Positions 38,344-48,285 of a DNA stretch of 64,000 nt are shown piece by piece; the first letter of the stretch is position 1; every line of letters starts with the position of its first letter. Source of the DNA: Bradymonadia bacterium (GTDB taxonomy: Bacteria; Myxococcota_A; Bradymonadia; UBA7976; UBA1532); contig JBKAGE010000035.1 in assembly GCA_046290225.1 (NCBI GenBank), positions 32,001-96,000 of the forward strand, in the 5' to 3' direction. The translations under genes and the position numbers were made by a program. Below the pieces are notes generated by a model that saw only the letters and a program-made list of their open reading frames with translations, made no database searches and had not been told where the DNA came from.

Positions 38344-39417
38344 TCAGGGCGTGGGGAATGGCAGGAGGGGGGCACCGGGCTCGCCGATGGCCACCCTGTA
38401 CACTGCGCTGCCGAAGAGTTGGGTCACGTAAACTGAGCACGGATCAAAGCCCTCACCGGCCCCGAAAGCGAGGCTGGCGGGGTTTCGAGCCCCTTCGGCG
38501 AAGAGCGCAGCCTCGAATGGTGCGCCGGCTTCGCCTGGGGTGAGCTTCCACAGGGCATGCTTGACGTTGGCGGCGACATACACCGCACCGCTGGCACCTA
38601 CGGCGACACCATCAAGGGTGAAGCCAGCACCGAGCGCGGCGATCTCGCTGCGATCATCGGCGAGAGGTAGACCGTCTGCGTCTACGGCAAACCGTGTCAC
38701 CTGCCCTTCGGGTGTAAAGGTCGACGCCACGTACAGCGCATCCCCCTCGGGGCTGTACGCCATGCCATTGGGTGAGGGCACGTCACCAATGACTTCGGAG
38801 ACAGACCCATCAGTGGCCACGCGTATGATGCGGGTGCTGCTGGCATCGGACACGAGGGCGCTGCCATCGGGCATCATGGCCACGAAGTTGGGGTTGAACA
38901 GGTCGGTGGCCAGGGGGGTCACCTCGCCGGCAGCAGAGACGCTGTAAACCACACCATCAGTGACGTCTTCAGCACTGCTCGGTCCAAAGCTCGCCACGAC
39001 AAAGCCATCCCCTGCAGGGGCAAAGCCGATGAGATCAGGCACTTCAGCAAAGGCCTCGGGCTCACCCCCATCAGGCCCGAAGGCCCAGAGCGTACCCGCG
39101 CTGCCCACGTACAGGCGACCATCAGCACCGAAAGAGACGCCCTCGGAGCCCCCCTCGATGCCCGTAGGGAACCCGTCATAGAAGATCTCGACCTCGCCAG
39201 GACTCAAATCGTCCCAGCAACCATCACCGGGCGCTTCAGCATCCGGTATGGCCGCATCATCGGCCACCGCAGCGTCTGCCATCGCCATATCGGCCATCGG
39301 CATCGCATCAGCCGCCACGGCAGCATCAGGGGCACCAGAAGCCTCCTCGCCATCATCGCAGCCAGTACACCACACAGCAGCCAGGGCCACGCACCCATAC
39401 ACGACACGCGTGTTCAT
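38344..39417 (-). CDS. SMP-30/gluconolactonase-like beta-propeller lipoprotein
   Basis: SEGV, PNGMAYSP, LDGVAV, SLAFG. Confidence 0.8.
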   Translation of the reverse strand: MNTRVVYGCVALAAVWCTGCDDGEEASGAPDAAVAADAMPMADMAMADAAVADDAAIPDAEAPGDGCWDDLSPGEVEIFYDGFPTGIEGGSEGVSFGADGRLYVGSAGTLWAFGPDGGEPEAFAEVPDLIGFAPAGDGFVVASFGPSSAEDVTDGVVYSVSAAGEVTPLATDLFNPNFVAMMPDGSALVSDASSTRIIRVATDGSVSEVIGDVPSPNGMAYSPEGDALYVASTFTPEGQVTRFAVDADGLPLADDRSEIAALGAGFTLDGVAVGASGAVYVAANVKHALWKLTPGEAGAPFEAALFAEGARNPASLAFGAGEGFDPCSVYVTQLFGSAVYRVAIGEPGAPLLPFPTP

Positions 39418-39531
39418 CAGTCTCCTCGAATGTGTTGGCGCCCATGGGATACGGACCGCCTGTTCGCAGGAGCATACAAATCATGGTGGGTGTACCGCCA
39501 GCAAGAGGCCTGCCTGTTTTCGGCATGGGAC

Positions 39532-39984
39532 TCAGGGGGCTTTGGGGTACAGAATCGTCGAGTCGGCCACGAGCTGCCACCGGCCCTCGATCCTCACCAG
39601 CGTGAACACCTGCTCGAAGCGGCCATCTGCCCGCGTACTCGTGGCCCTGATCTGTGCCATGTCCTCTGCCACCAGGCTGTGATGCCAGATGGGGCTCATT
39701 GGCTTGCCGCCGATCTTGCCGGCCTTCATCAAGCCCAGGTAACCCGCTCGATCGAGCACGGTGACACCGGGCTTGCCCACAATGTTGAAGACCACCCTGA
39801 AGTCGGCGTGGAGCATTTTCTCGAGGGCACCCACATCCCGCGACGCACCAGCGTCCATGAAGGCCTGAAGGGTCGCCTTGGGTTGATCAGGCGCCGCAGC
39901 CGGAGCGGGCGCCCACAAGGCCGGTACGAGGAGCACGGTCAGGATCCAGAGGGCGGGGTGAACGACGGTCAAAAAATGACGCAT
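39532..39984 (-). CDS. Secreted NTF2-like (lumazine-binding/DUF4440-like) protein
   Basis: Signal peptide; D..AL..MLH.DF, FTLVR.EGRWQLV; GGAGA RBS. Confidence 0.75.
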   Translation of the reverse strand: MRHFLTVVHPALWILTVLLVPALWAPAPAAAPDQPKATLQAFMDAGASRDVGALEKMLHADFRVVFNIVGKPGVTVLDRAGYLGLMKAGKIGGKPMSPIWHHSLVAEDMAQIRATSTRADGRFEQVFTLVRIEGRWQLVADSTILYPKAP

Positions 39985-40000
39985 GGTCGATGTCTCCATT

Positions 40001-40014
40001 GTTGCCCAGGCAAC
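40001..40014. promoter_or_regulatory. Candidate MarR operator GTTGCC-CA-GGCAAC
   Basis: Palindrome 16 bp upstream of the NTF2-like gene; identical copy at 40596. Confidence 0.8.
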
Positions 40015-40087
40015 TATCGGGTCGAACTGGGCGGTTGTGCTCAGGCGTCGTGACGGCCTGAGGGGTGTTGATGATCTCTGTGTAGGG

Positions 40088-40570
40088 TTACCCCTGGCCC
40101 GAGAGTTTGCGCTCGAGGGTGACGAGGGTGTCGTAAGTCGTCGCCAGCGCTTCTGGGCTGAAATCTCCGAGCAGCGCACCGCGAGCATCATGAATCGAGG
40201 CGCTGAACTGATCGTGTACGGCCCTGCCCTCTTCTGAGAGGAACACCAGGGTGCGACGCCCGTCTTCGGGATCTTTGCGGCGCTCGATCCAGCCTCGACG
40301 CTCCATACTGGCCAACATGCGGGTCAGACTCGGGCGATCGTTGAAGAGGTCATCGCCCAGCTCTGATTGCGCCTGCCCTGACTGCCGGCGCAATCGGTTG
40401 ATGACGAACCACTGCTCCTGGGTCAGCTCTATCCCTGCCTGTGTACCGAGGCTGGCGAAGTGACGTCGGAGCAGTCGCGCCGCGCGATAGATGTGATAGG
40501 CCACCGAGTCTTCGATGTCGACGATCTGACTGTCGTCGAGGCTGCGCTGAATGATGTCTCGGGTACTCAC
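40088..40570 (-). CDS. MarR family transcriptional regulator
   Basis: LTQEQW, QSEL, SLTRML..MERRGWI.R..D..D.R; AGGAG RBS before GTG. Confidence 0.93.
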   Translation of the reverse strand: MSTRDIIQRSLDDSQIVDIEDSVAYHIYRAARLLRRHFASLGTQAGIELTQEQWFVINRLRRQSGQAQSELGDDLFNDRPSLTRMLASMERRGWIERRKDPEDGRRTLVFLSEEGRAVHDQFSASIHDARGALLGDFSPEALATTYDTLVTLERKLSGQG

Positions 40571-40595
40571 GGTGGCTCCTATGGATGGCAACTTG

Positions 40596-40609
40596 GTTGC
40601 CCAGGCAAC
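40596..40609. promoter_or_regulatory. Candidate MarR operator (autoregulatory)
   Basis: Same 14-bp palindrome upstream of the MarR gene, at the -10 position of a promoter with TTGACT -35 (40636-40631, minus strand). Confidence 0.8.
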
Positions 40610-40683
40610 AATCCTCAATACGGTGCAGAAAGTCAAGCCATCACCTTGGGTGCAGCATTCCGCGACTGTGCAGCGGCGGACGC

Positions 40684-42321
40684 TCAGTAGAGTTCGACGA
40701 ACTCCACTGCCACCTTCCGCAAGGTGCGGCCACCCACCTCGAAGGTCTCCATGGGCATACGGCTCACTTCGCGGCCCTCGAAGATGTAGGGCCGGGCCAC
40801 GAAGGACTCCACCTCCGCCTCGGGCACCGCAAAGTAGAGCGTCACTGACTGCTCTTCGAGGTGCCGGCCGTGCAGGTACATGATCAAGGCGTGCTCGGTG
40901 GAGTGATAGCCATTCTTCCACTGATTGCACTTCGCCGTGTCGGTGGCAGGCCAGGCGAAGACCTTCTGACCATCGCGGCGGATGCCAGAGATGACCTCTC
41001 CGAAGGTGGCATCGACATAATCGCTCAGCCAGTGCTGGCCGGTTTGGGAGAGCAGCCGGGTGTAGCGGTGATCCAAGAGGTTGAGGGTGGCGGTGATCTG
41101 GTCAGCCTCGGCGTAGATCCACCAGTCTGATCCGTACTCCACTGTTGCGGGGCCCGTGGGGCGCTTGGCCCAACGATCCCCTTCGACGTCGTAGGCACGG
41201 ATCACCCAATCGTGTACGTGGTCGAAGAGGAACGACTGGAAGGGATGACCCTCCAACCGCTTGTCGATCTGCAGAATCATCCAATACGTCTTGAGGGTGT
41301 GGCCGAAATCCACGTGGCGGCCGCCGTATTGGCCCTGCTGGTTGTGGATGCCCCAGAAGATGCCGTCGGACCAGAATGCATCGATCATGGTCTGAGCGAG
41401 GGTCTGCATGTCGTCGAGGAACTGATCTTGTCGTGATGCCTCTGAGAGGACGGGCTGGGTAAGCAGCATGAAGGCGTTGATCGGATCGAGCTGGGCCACC
41501 AGCTCCCAGCCCCCGTCGCTGCCCTGATCGACCTCGGTGGTCAAATCAGGGCTCATGGCGTCTCTGATCCGCTGATTGTCGGCGTCCCAGTAAGTGCCCT
41601 CGTCGAAGAGCAGATCTCGGCCTGCGAGCACAGCAGCCTCGGCCACGGGATCTCGGGCGACGAAGTACCAGGCCCCGAGCCCCAGGATCACATATGCCGT
41701 GTCCTGGGCGTATTTGGCGTCGTCACCCTGAGGCCCTCCATTGCCATTGAGCAGTGTGTGCCATCCACCGCGGGCCTCGTCCCGGGCATGCTCGAGAATC
41801 CAACTCGAGCCAGCGTGGGCGAGCTCGAGCAGCTCGGTGTCACCGGTGAGCAGATAGCCCATGGCATAGGCATAGGTCTGGCGCCCGAGCATGCGCGGCC
41901 GGCGCTCTCTGCTGCCCTGGATCGTGCCGTTCATCCCTCGGAAGGTGGGGAAGTTGCCCAAAGGCTCACCGCGGGCCTCGTCCATCGTCCAATAGGGCAA
42001 CACCTCGTCGAGATAGTGCCGACGCCACACCTCACTGGAGAGGGACTCGGGGACCTCACCAGAGGGCGGTGAGTAGGCATATGGGCCAGTCCCATCAACG
42101 ACAGCATCCGCGGGCAAAGGCGCAGCATCAGCGGCCACAGCATCTGTGAGATCGCTGTCGGGCTGTTCCAGGGCTGTGTCGGCTTCAGCCGCTGCATCTA
42201 GAGGGCTGGCGTCCGGGCCGGCGTCGGGCTGCAGGTAGGGATTGAAGGCTCCGGGATCATCTTCATCAACGCAGCCCACCATCAGAGTCAGCAGGCAGGT
42301 CAGCGAGATCAGGGTGCGCAC
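40684..42321 (-). CDS. AGE/N-acylglucosamine 2-epimerase family lipoprotein
   Basis: MVGC lipobox; RQTYAYA, DFGH, WWIYAE, YH catalytic-type motifs. Confidence 0.75.
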   Translation of the reverse strand: MRTLISLTCLLTLMVGCVDEDDPGAFNPYLQPDAGPDASPLDAAAEADTALEQPDSDLTDAVAADAAPLPADAVVDGTGPYAYSPPSGEVPESLSSEVWRRHYLDEVLPYWTMDEARGEPLGNFPTFRGMNGTIQGSRERRPRMLGRQTYAYAMGYLLTGDTELLELAHAGSSWILEHARDEARGGWHTLLNGNGGPQGDDAKYAQDTAYVILGLGAWYFVARDPVAEAAVLAGRDLLFDEGTYWDADNQRIRDAMSPDLTTEVDQGSDGGWELVAQLDPINAFMLLTQPVLSEASRQDQFLDDMQTLAQTMIDAFWSDGIFWGIHNQQGQYGGRHVDFGHTLKTYWMILQIDKRLEGHPFQSFLFDHVHDWVIRAYDVEGDRWAKRPTGPATVEYGSDWWIYAEADQITATLNLLDHRYTRLLSQTGQHWLSDYVDATFGEVISGIRRDGQKVFAWPATDTAKCNQWKNGYHSTEHALIMYLHGRHLEEQSVTLYFAVPEAEVESFVARPYIFEGREVSRMPMETFEVGGRTLRKVAVEFVELY

Positions 42322-42392
42322 GTGGATCCTCACGGGTGAAGCGATGGTGAGGCAGGATAACGAGGGTGGGGCTTCAGATGCGAGGTTCGCCA

Positions 42393-42968
42393 TCAGGTTG
42401 ATGGTGCAGTCCTACCCTTACGCGTCAGCCACACCATCACAGCGAGGCAAATCAACATCACCAGACCCACCACCGGGCTGGCGAGGAGCGGGAAGACATA
42501 GAGGACGCCCAGGCCACCGATGAAGTCTTCGCTGAGAGGCACGATGAGCGGCCAGCCCATCAGCACCACCGAAGCCACAGTCGCCGCAGACAGCGCAGAT
42601 TGTGGTGACCGACCTCCAGCGGCGATGCGCCACGTGATCATGGACACCAGCCACCAGCCTGGCGCGAGGGCGATGAACCCTGCCCCTGGAGTCCAGCGCG
42701 TGCGGATCTCTTCGCTCAACGCCGCACCCAGCACTGACAGGACCACGCTCACGGCAAGGACAACGAAGAACACAGTGGAGTTCGCCGGAGGGCTCTCGGG
42801 GTGATTGCGGCGCCACCGCCCGTTCAGCCACTTGCACAACGCCCCTCCGACCAACACCACCAGGGGGGACTCGAGGAGCACCGAGGGGCCCGCTGTGTTG
42901 GCCACGAGGCCGAGTCCGGGGAAAGCCGACACGTTGCACTCCTTCTCTTCGAGGCCATGGTACACCAT
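42393..42968 (-). CDS. Hypothetical membrane protein
   Basis: About five hydrophobic segments; start uncertain. Confidence 0.5.
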   Translation of the reverse strand: MVYHGLEEKECNVSAFPGLGLVANTAGPSVLLESPLVVLVGGALCKWLNGRWRRNHPESPPANSTVFFVVLAVSVVLSVLGAALSEEIRTRWTPGAGFIALAPGWWLVSMITWRIAAGGRSPQSALSAATVASVVLMGWPLIVPLSEDFIGGLGVLYVFPLLASPVVGLVMLICLAVMVWLTRKGRTAPST

Positions 42969-42973
42969 GCACC

Positions 42974-43315
42974 ATGAGCCAGCTCGAAGCCCATTGCCTC
43001 ACCCTTGTGCTCGAGGCCCTCGCCTGCACCCTGGTGATCACGATCACACGATGGGCGCCGACGTTGAGACGCTGGCTGCTGGTCTGCGCCTGCGCCTCAT
43101 TGCTCACACACCCCTTCGCCTGGTGGGCAAACCATGCGCTGCCCTGGCCGCCGTGGCCGCGCGTCGCTGTCATCGAAGGCATCGTCGTCGCAACGGAAGC
43201 CCTGATCTACTGGCGCCTCGCCCCCACATCGGCGCTGCGCGGGCTGATGATGAGCGTGATGGCCAATGGTGCCTCCTTCGGGCTCGGGCTGGTCATCCTG
43301 CTCTGGCTGTGGTGA
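42974..43315 (+). CDS. Small four-TM hypothetical protein
   Basis: LT..LE, SLLTHP..W, E..V...EA, AN.AS pattern of a conserved small membrane family. Confidence 0.6.
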   Translation: MSQLEAHCLTLVLEALACTLVITITRWAPTLRRWLLVCACASLLTHPFAWWANHALPWPPWPRVAVIEGIVVATEALIYWRLAPTSALRGLMMSVMANGASFGLGLVILLWLW

Positions 43316-44234
43316 GCCGCTCGGCCCCGAGCAACGCTGCGAGCAGCAGCGGCACTTCGATCCAAGCGTGCACGGCGGCGATGACGCCATAGAGGCGCCT
43401 GCTGGTGCCAAAATCCCCCATGAAGGCCACCAGCGTCACCACGCCCAGAGCGGCGATGATCATAGAGAAACGGCGATCCAGACCTCCAGGTACGAGCCGC
43501 GGCAACCCGTGAATCACCACGGCGTAGTGCATGCACTGAGCGAAGACAAAGGCGGTGAACAGATGCACGGCCCACGACGTGTCGATGGCCGCAGCAGGCA
43601 CGTAGACCGGCAAATGGTCCGAGAGCGTGCCGGCGCCGAGCGGGGACCACTCCAGCGCTGTGATGCCCAGAGGCGCGAGGGCCTGATACGGCCACCCGGT
43701 GGCGATCAGGGCGGGCAACGCCAGGAACACGATCACGGCCCCAGTGACCCATCGCCGACGGGATGTCTCGGGGGCCCCCTCGGCGATGAAGCCCACCGGT
43801 GTGAGGTTGTGGAGCCCAGCGAGGACGACGGCCGTCGTGACGGGCGCCACCTGAGTGCCCCATGCAACGGCGACGACAAGACCAAGGCCTGCTGCGGCCC
43901 TCAACATGCTACGGGCCCACAACGCTGGCAGGCTCACGGCGACGAGCAGGGCCACGAGGCTCAGCTCCACCGTACGGCCCTGAGCGCTGGTGATGACATC
44001 GAGCATGCTGAGCACTCGGGCGCTCACGACACCGGCGAGCAACACCCCAACAACTGCGACGACGGTGGTGGACCACCGACCGCCGAAGCGCTGGCCGACG
44101 TACCTCAACTCAGCGATGACGTGGGGCAGGCCAAAAAGGCCCAGGGTGAAGGTATAGAGCGCCAGGGGCCACGCGACGCAGGCCGCGAAGGTGAGCCCCA
44201 AACCAGCCCCCAGAGCCAGGGGGGCCGGACTCAC
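43293..44234 (-). CDS. Polytopic membrane protein with His motifs
   Basis: GLPHV, GLHNLTP, QCMHY, AVHAWIE in or near TM helices. Confidence 0.65.
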   Translation of the reverse strand: MSPAPLALGAGLGLTFAACVAWPLALYTFTLGLFGLPHVIAELRYVGQRFGGRWSTTVVAVVGVLLAGVVSARVLSMLDVITSAQGRTVELSLVALLVAVSLPALWARSMLRAAAGLGLVVAVAWGTQVAPVTTAVVLAGLHNLTPVGFIAEGAPETSRRRWVTGAVIVFLALPALIATGWPYQALAPLGITALEWSPLGAGTLSDHLPVYVPAAAIDTSWAVHLFTAFVFAQCMHYAVVIHGLPRLVPGGLDRRFSMIIAALGVVTLVAFMGDFGTSRRLYGVIAAVHAWIEVPLLLAALLGAERLTTARAG

Positions 44235-44806
44235 CGGCGAGTGCGACGCAGGGTGCCAGCGAGCAACAGGCCGGCGAAGAGGGCGCCGAGGCCCCAGCTG
44301 CCCGGCGCGCCGGGGCCAGCGAAGCAGCCAGCGCTCTCCTTGGGCGCGGGCGTGCTCGCGGTCTCGGCCGCCTTGCCTGCAGCTTTATCCGCGGGCTTCT
44401 CTGCAGCTTTCTCGGTGGGCTTCTCTGCAGGCTTCGGCGCCACCTTCTCGGGAGCCTTCTCAGCGGGCTTGGGCTCGACAGCAGGCTTTGCCGGCTCGGG
44501 CTTGGCCACGGGCTTTGCCCCATCAGGCATTGCAGGATCGACAGCGGGCTTGGCGGGCTCGGGCTTGGGTGCCTCGCCGGGCTTGCACTTCAGGCAGTCG
44601 TTACACACCGTCTTCGGTGGCGTGCCCTGGCTGTAATCATTCCGACAACACTGAGCGGTCTGGCAGGTACCCTTGGTCCCGTACCCCTCGCACACGTCCC
44701 CCTTGGACTTGCCGTTGCACAGCCCCTCTCTGGGATCGATGACGTCAGCGCTCGCCACTGACACCCCGAAGCACCACCCGAACATCAACAAGAGCCAAAT
44801 ACGCAT
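44231..44806 (-). CDS. Small Cys-rich secreted protein with Pro/Lys stalk and MYXO-CTERM-like tail
   Basis: Signal peptide, eight-Cys domain, KPAEK repeats, SAGC...TM...RRTRR. Confidence 0.75.
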   Translation of the reverse strand: MRIWLLLMFGWCFGVSVASADVIDPREGLCNGKSKGDVCEGYGTKGTCQTAQCCRNDYSQGTPPKTVCNDCLKCKPGEAPKPEPAKPAVDPAMPDGAKPVAKPEPAKPAVEPKPAEKAPEKVAPKPAEKPTEKAAEKPADKAAGKAAETASTPAPKESAGCFAGPGAPGSWGLGALFAGLLLAGTLRRTRR

Positions 44807-44930
44807 CACACCTCCAAAAAACAGCCTGGGGGCAGTTATGGCACCTCGTCTCGGCAAGGGCAATTCACATCAAACAACCCACCGAAACGATCAGCTGATC
44901 AGGCTCGCGTGATTGTTTATAGTCCCCACC

Positions 44931-45701
44931 ATGCGTATCCCCACCGCCTGCATCATCACCGCCTCTGCCCTGATTTTGGGTCAGGGCTGCCTGCTCGACA
45001 CCGAAACCTGCGGGCCAGGCTTCACTGAAGAGGCCGGGCGCTGTGTGCCGCGGAGCGCACCGCCCCCCTTCCCGGGCACGACCGATGGTGGTTTTGCTCT
45101 CCCTGATCGTGGTGTGGGGCCAGAGTTCGACATGGGACTCGTCCCCGACACGGGGGTGGGCTTCGAAGATGCCGGCTTCCCCGACGCCGACGTCGTGCCC
45201 GAGAACCCATGGGCACAGTACGACAGCGTCTTGATCGTCGATCGCACCGAACAATTCATCGCTGAAGAATGGCCCTTCAGCCCCGGCGTCGACTTTGCCG
45301 GCGTGAACATCCAACGGGTTTTCGACGACGGCGGCCTCGAGGTCAGCGGTGTGGCGAGCATTCTCGGGGCCATCATCAATGATCCCTTTGGCCAGAGTGA
45401 GTTCACCGATCCGCAGGTCCTCGTCGGCTTTGGTGGTGCAGCCCCTGTCTCTCTCGGTGGCAACGGTGGCTTTGTCTGGGCCTTGCTGCAGCCCGGCGTG
45501 CGGCCTCTCCAGGCTGGCGACGAGCTGATCCTCGATGCCTACTTGTTCGACGGCCCCGGCGAGATCTACGACGCCTACCTCTGCCCCTCCGACGCCGTGG
45601 AGTCGGAGCTGCCTGACGGCTTGCTGCCCCAGGTCGGTGCCTGTCGACTGCTCAACTCTGCCCTCGAAGGCGCGTTCTTCTACGTCTTGCCTGATCTGTG
45701 A
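44931..45701 (+). CDS. Hypothetical acidic lipoprotein
   Basis: GQGC lipobox, Cys pair, acidic linker; overlaps next start. Confidence 0.65.
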   Translation: MRIPTACIITASALILGQGCLLDTETCGPGFTEEAGRCVPRSAPPPFPGTTDGGFALPDRGVGPEFDMGLVPDTGVGFEDAGFPDADVVPENPWAQYDSVLIVDRTEQFIAEEWPFSPGVDFAGVNIQRVFDDGGLEVSGVASILGAIINDPFGQSEFTDPQVLVGFGGAAPVSLGGNGGFVWALLQPGVRPLQAGDELILDAYLFDGPGEIYDAYLCPSDAVESELPDGLLPQVGACRLLNSALEGAFFYVLPDL

Positions 45702-46651
45702 AGCATCTACTCTGCACGCTCACAGGGCTGGCCTTGTGGGCGTGGGCACTCTCGGCACATGCCATCACGCTGCAATACGACGAAGAGGCCGACGTGCGAG
45801 GCTGCCCGGGGGCGCAGCGGCTGACGAGACGCATCGAGTCTCTGCTCGCCTCGCCTCAGCGCCATGCCAGCGCCACGATCAGTGTGCACGTGAGCCGAGA
45901 TCGACGAACGCTCTTCGCCGACATCACCGACGACGAGGGCGGACAACGTCGGCTCGCCGAGCCCTCAGGCCGCTGCCGACTGCTCAATGAGGCGGTGGCT
46001 GTGGCTGTGGCTGCGGCCCTCGAGCCCATCACCCTCCCAGCACCTCCAGTCATCAACCGGCCCACCATCGGTGTGCCGACGCTTGGCGAGCGCATCCCCT
46101 CCAGTGATCTTGTGGGCATCCAGGCACTCCCGGAACGCATCGGTGTCGGCCGCTCGTCTCCACCACGACAATGGTGGCTCAGTGGGGGCGGTGGCATCTT
46201 CACCGGGGTCGCCCCTGGTACCGCCCCGGGGCTCATGGGCACGGTGGGGATGAGCCGCCGGCCGTGGTCCTTCGCCTTGGAAGGCCGGCTCATGCGCAGC
46301 TTCAGCCGAGACACCAACGGCGGCCGCATCGAGAGCGACAGCGCCCTCGGTGGTGCCTGGGGCTGTCGCATGTGGGGCTTGCTGAGAGCGTGTGCTGGCG
46401 GTGTGGCTGGGGTGATCTTCGCTCGAGGAGAAGGCTTCGTCTCGTCCAGCGAGGTCACCGCGCCGTTTCTCGCCCCTGGTCTAAGGGGCGCCTTCAGGTG
46501 GCCTCGGAGCGGGCCCATCGCCCTCGATCTCTGGGCTGAAGGTCTGGTGCCCCTCTCTCGCGTCAGGCTGAGCGTCGACGACGCCCAAGCCTGGGAGAGC
46601 GCCCCAGCGACCTTTGGCGCCGGCCTCGAAGCCGTGCTGCGTTTTTTCTGA
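45698..46651 (+). CDS. Secreted protein with probable C-terminal beta-barrel
   Basis: Signal peptide, CP..., C...AVA.A segment, amphipathic strands ending FF; precedes ECF pair. Confidence 0.65.
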   Translation: MKHLLCTLTGLALWAWALSAHAITLQYDEEADVRGCPGAQRLTRRIESLLASPQRHASATISVHVSRDRRTLFADITDDEGGQRRLAEPSGRCRLLNEAVAVAVAAALEPITLPAPPVINRPTIGVPTLGERIPSSDLVGIQALPERIGVGRSSPPRQWWLSGGGGIFTGVAPGTAPGLMGTVGMSRRPWSFALEGRLMRSFSRDTNGGRIESDSALGGAWGCRMWGLLRACAGGVAGVIFARGEGFVSSSEVTAPFLAPGLRGAFRWPRSGPIALDLWAEGLVPLSRVRLSVDDAQAWESAPATFGAGLEAVLRFF

Positions 46652-46679
46652 CAAAACCCCGGTGGTGGTCCCAATCTAC
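46643..46679 (+). promoter_or_regulatory. Candidate ECF promoter, copy 1
   Basis: TTTTTCTGACAAAACC...AATCTAC immediately before the sigma start; repeated at 48163. Confidence 0.6.
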
Positions 46680-46682
46680 TTG

Positions 46683-47249
46683 ATGATGTCCAGCACGACG
46701 GCCGCCACTGTTGACGATCCGCCTTGTGTGCCCGCCTCGACGCCGGCCTTCGCGACGATCTATCGAGATCACGTCGGTCACGTCTGGCGCACCTTGCGAC
46801 GCCTCGGTGTGGTGGAGCGAGATCTCGAGGATGCGACCCACGAGGTGTTCCTGGTGGTTCATCGCCGTCTCGACACCTACGATCCACAACGCCCGCTCAG
46901 ACCATGGCTGACGGGGATCGCGTGGCGGGTGGCCGCTGACGAACGCCGAAAGGCGCGCCACACTCGGGAGCAGATGAATGGCGGTGAAGGCCTCGCCGCC
47001 CATGCTGATCCCGGAGTAGGCCCTGAGGGTCACCTGGCCAAAGCGGAAGCCCGAGCGATGGTGGCTCGAGGCCTCGAAGCCCTCGATCTCGATCGTCGAG
47101 TGGTCTTCGTCATGTACGAGATCGACGGGTCCACCGGCAGGGAGATCGCCGAAGCCCTGGAGATCCCATTGTTCACGGTGTTCTCTCGACTGCGCTCGGC
47201 CCGCAGCCGGTTCAAGAAGGCGATCAAGGCCATGGAGCGAGGATCATGA
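46683..47249 (+). CDS. ECF sigma factor
   Basis: LEDATHEVFL, RPWLTGIA, EIAEALEIP..TVFSRL..AR. Confidence 0.92.
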   Translation: MMSSTTAATVDDPPCVPASTPAFATIYRDHVGHVWRTLRRLGVVERDLEDATHEVFLVVHRRLDTYDPQRPLRPWLTGIAWRVAADERRKARHTREQMNGGEGLAAHADPGVGPEGHLAKAEARAMVARGLEALDLDRRVVFVMYEIDGSTGREIAEALEIPLFTVFSRLRSARSRFKKAIKAMERGS

Positions 47250-48160
47250 GCGAGCAGCAACCGCCTGATCTCGACCCGATGTTGTCGGCTCTGATCGACG
47301 CAGAGCGCGACGCCCCGGGGCCCGACGATGACACCGTCGACCGCATGTACGGACGCCTCGCTGCGGCTCTGCCCATCGCCGCAGGCGCCATCGCCGCCTC
47401 AACAGCTGCGACGAGCACCACCTCCGCAGCCTCTGCGGCGAGCACGGCGGCCACGAGCGCGTCGACCTCAGGGATCGGCCTCACAGCAGCCGGCAGCGCA
47501 GGTGCCACCACAGCCACCACCCTGGGCCTCAAGGGCTGGCTGCTCACCGCCAGCCTCGCCCTCGCAGGTGGTGGAGGCGGTTGGTGGCTCGCAGCCACGG
47601 TCACAGCACCAGAGATGAAAGACGAATCAGGCATCGAACACCCCTCCACGACACGGCAGAGCATCTCAGAGCAGCGTGCTACAAAGCCGCGTATTGTGCC
47701 TGACCAGGCGCTCACCCAACCCGTCATCGAACCACCTGCAGCCGAGCAGCCCTCGGCTGAGCCTCAATCTGCGGAGCAGGGCACCCTCGAGCCCGCTGTG
47801 ATCGAGCCATCCAAGGCAGCCCATACGCTGAGCGCCGACGCAGCTCTGAGCGAGGTGAACCCTTCCAAGGCGCCCAGTCGGCCCTCCGAAGCCCGGCTGC
47901 TCACACGGGCCATCAAGGCGCTCAAGCAACAGCAGCCCGAGAAAGCGTGGCGGGTGCTCGAGCACCACCGGCGTCTCTACCCAGGCGGTCAGCAAGCCGA
48001 GGAGCGTGATCGGCTCGCCATCAAGACACTGCTGACGCTGGGTCGAGTCTCCGCAGCTCGGCGACGCTACGACACCTTCGCTCGGCGGCATCCCCGTGCT
48101 CTGCATCTCGACCGACTCGGGGCACAAATCACTGCAGCCGAGAAAAATTCTGCCAAATGA
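47246..48160 (+). CDS. Putative anti-sigma factor (TM, Pro-rich linker, C-terminal TPR-like domain)
   Basis: Overlaps sigma stop; single TM; H.R.YP.G...EER C-terminus. Confidence 0.7.
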   Translation: MSEQQPPDLDPMLSALIDAERDAPGPDDDTVDRMYGRLAAALPIAAGAIAASTAATSTTSAASAASTAATSASTSGIGLTAAGSAGATTATTLGLKGWLLTASLALAGGGGGWWLAATVTAPEMKDESGIEHPSTTRQSISEQRATKPRIVPDQALTQPVIEPPAAEQPSAEPQSAEQGTLEPAVIEPSKAAHTLSADAALSEVNPSKAPSRPSEARLLTRAIKALKQQQPEKAWRVLEHHRRLYPGGQQAEERDRLAIKTLLTLGRVSAARRRYDTFARRHPRALHLDRLGAQITAAEKNSAK

Positions 48161-48162
48161 TA

Positions 48163-48200
48163 TTTTTCTGACAAAAACCAGAGGGGCTCCCCAAATCCAC
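48163..48200 (+). promoter_or_regulatory. Candidate ECF promoter, copy 2
   Basis: TTTTTCTGACAAAAACC...AATCCAC upstream of the Cys-rich lipoprotein. Confidence 0.6.
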
Positions 48201-48285
48201 AGTGAGGGTCATATTAGACCTGAGTGGGAGAGACCCGACTAAGGGCCTCATGAGACTTCTTCTGACAGATGTTGGAGTATGTGTG

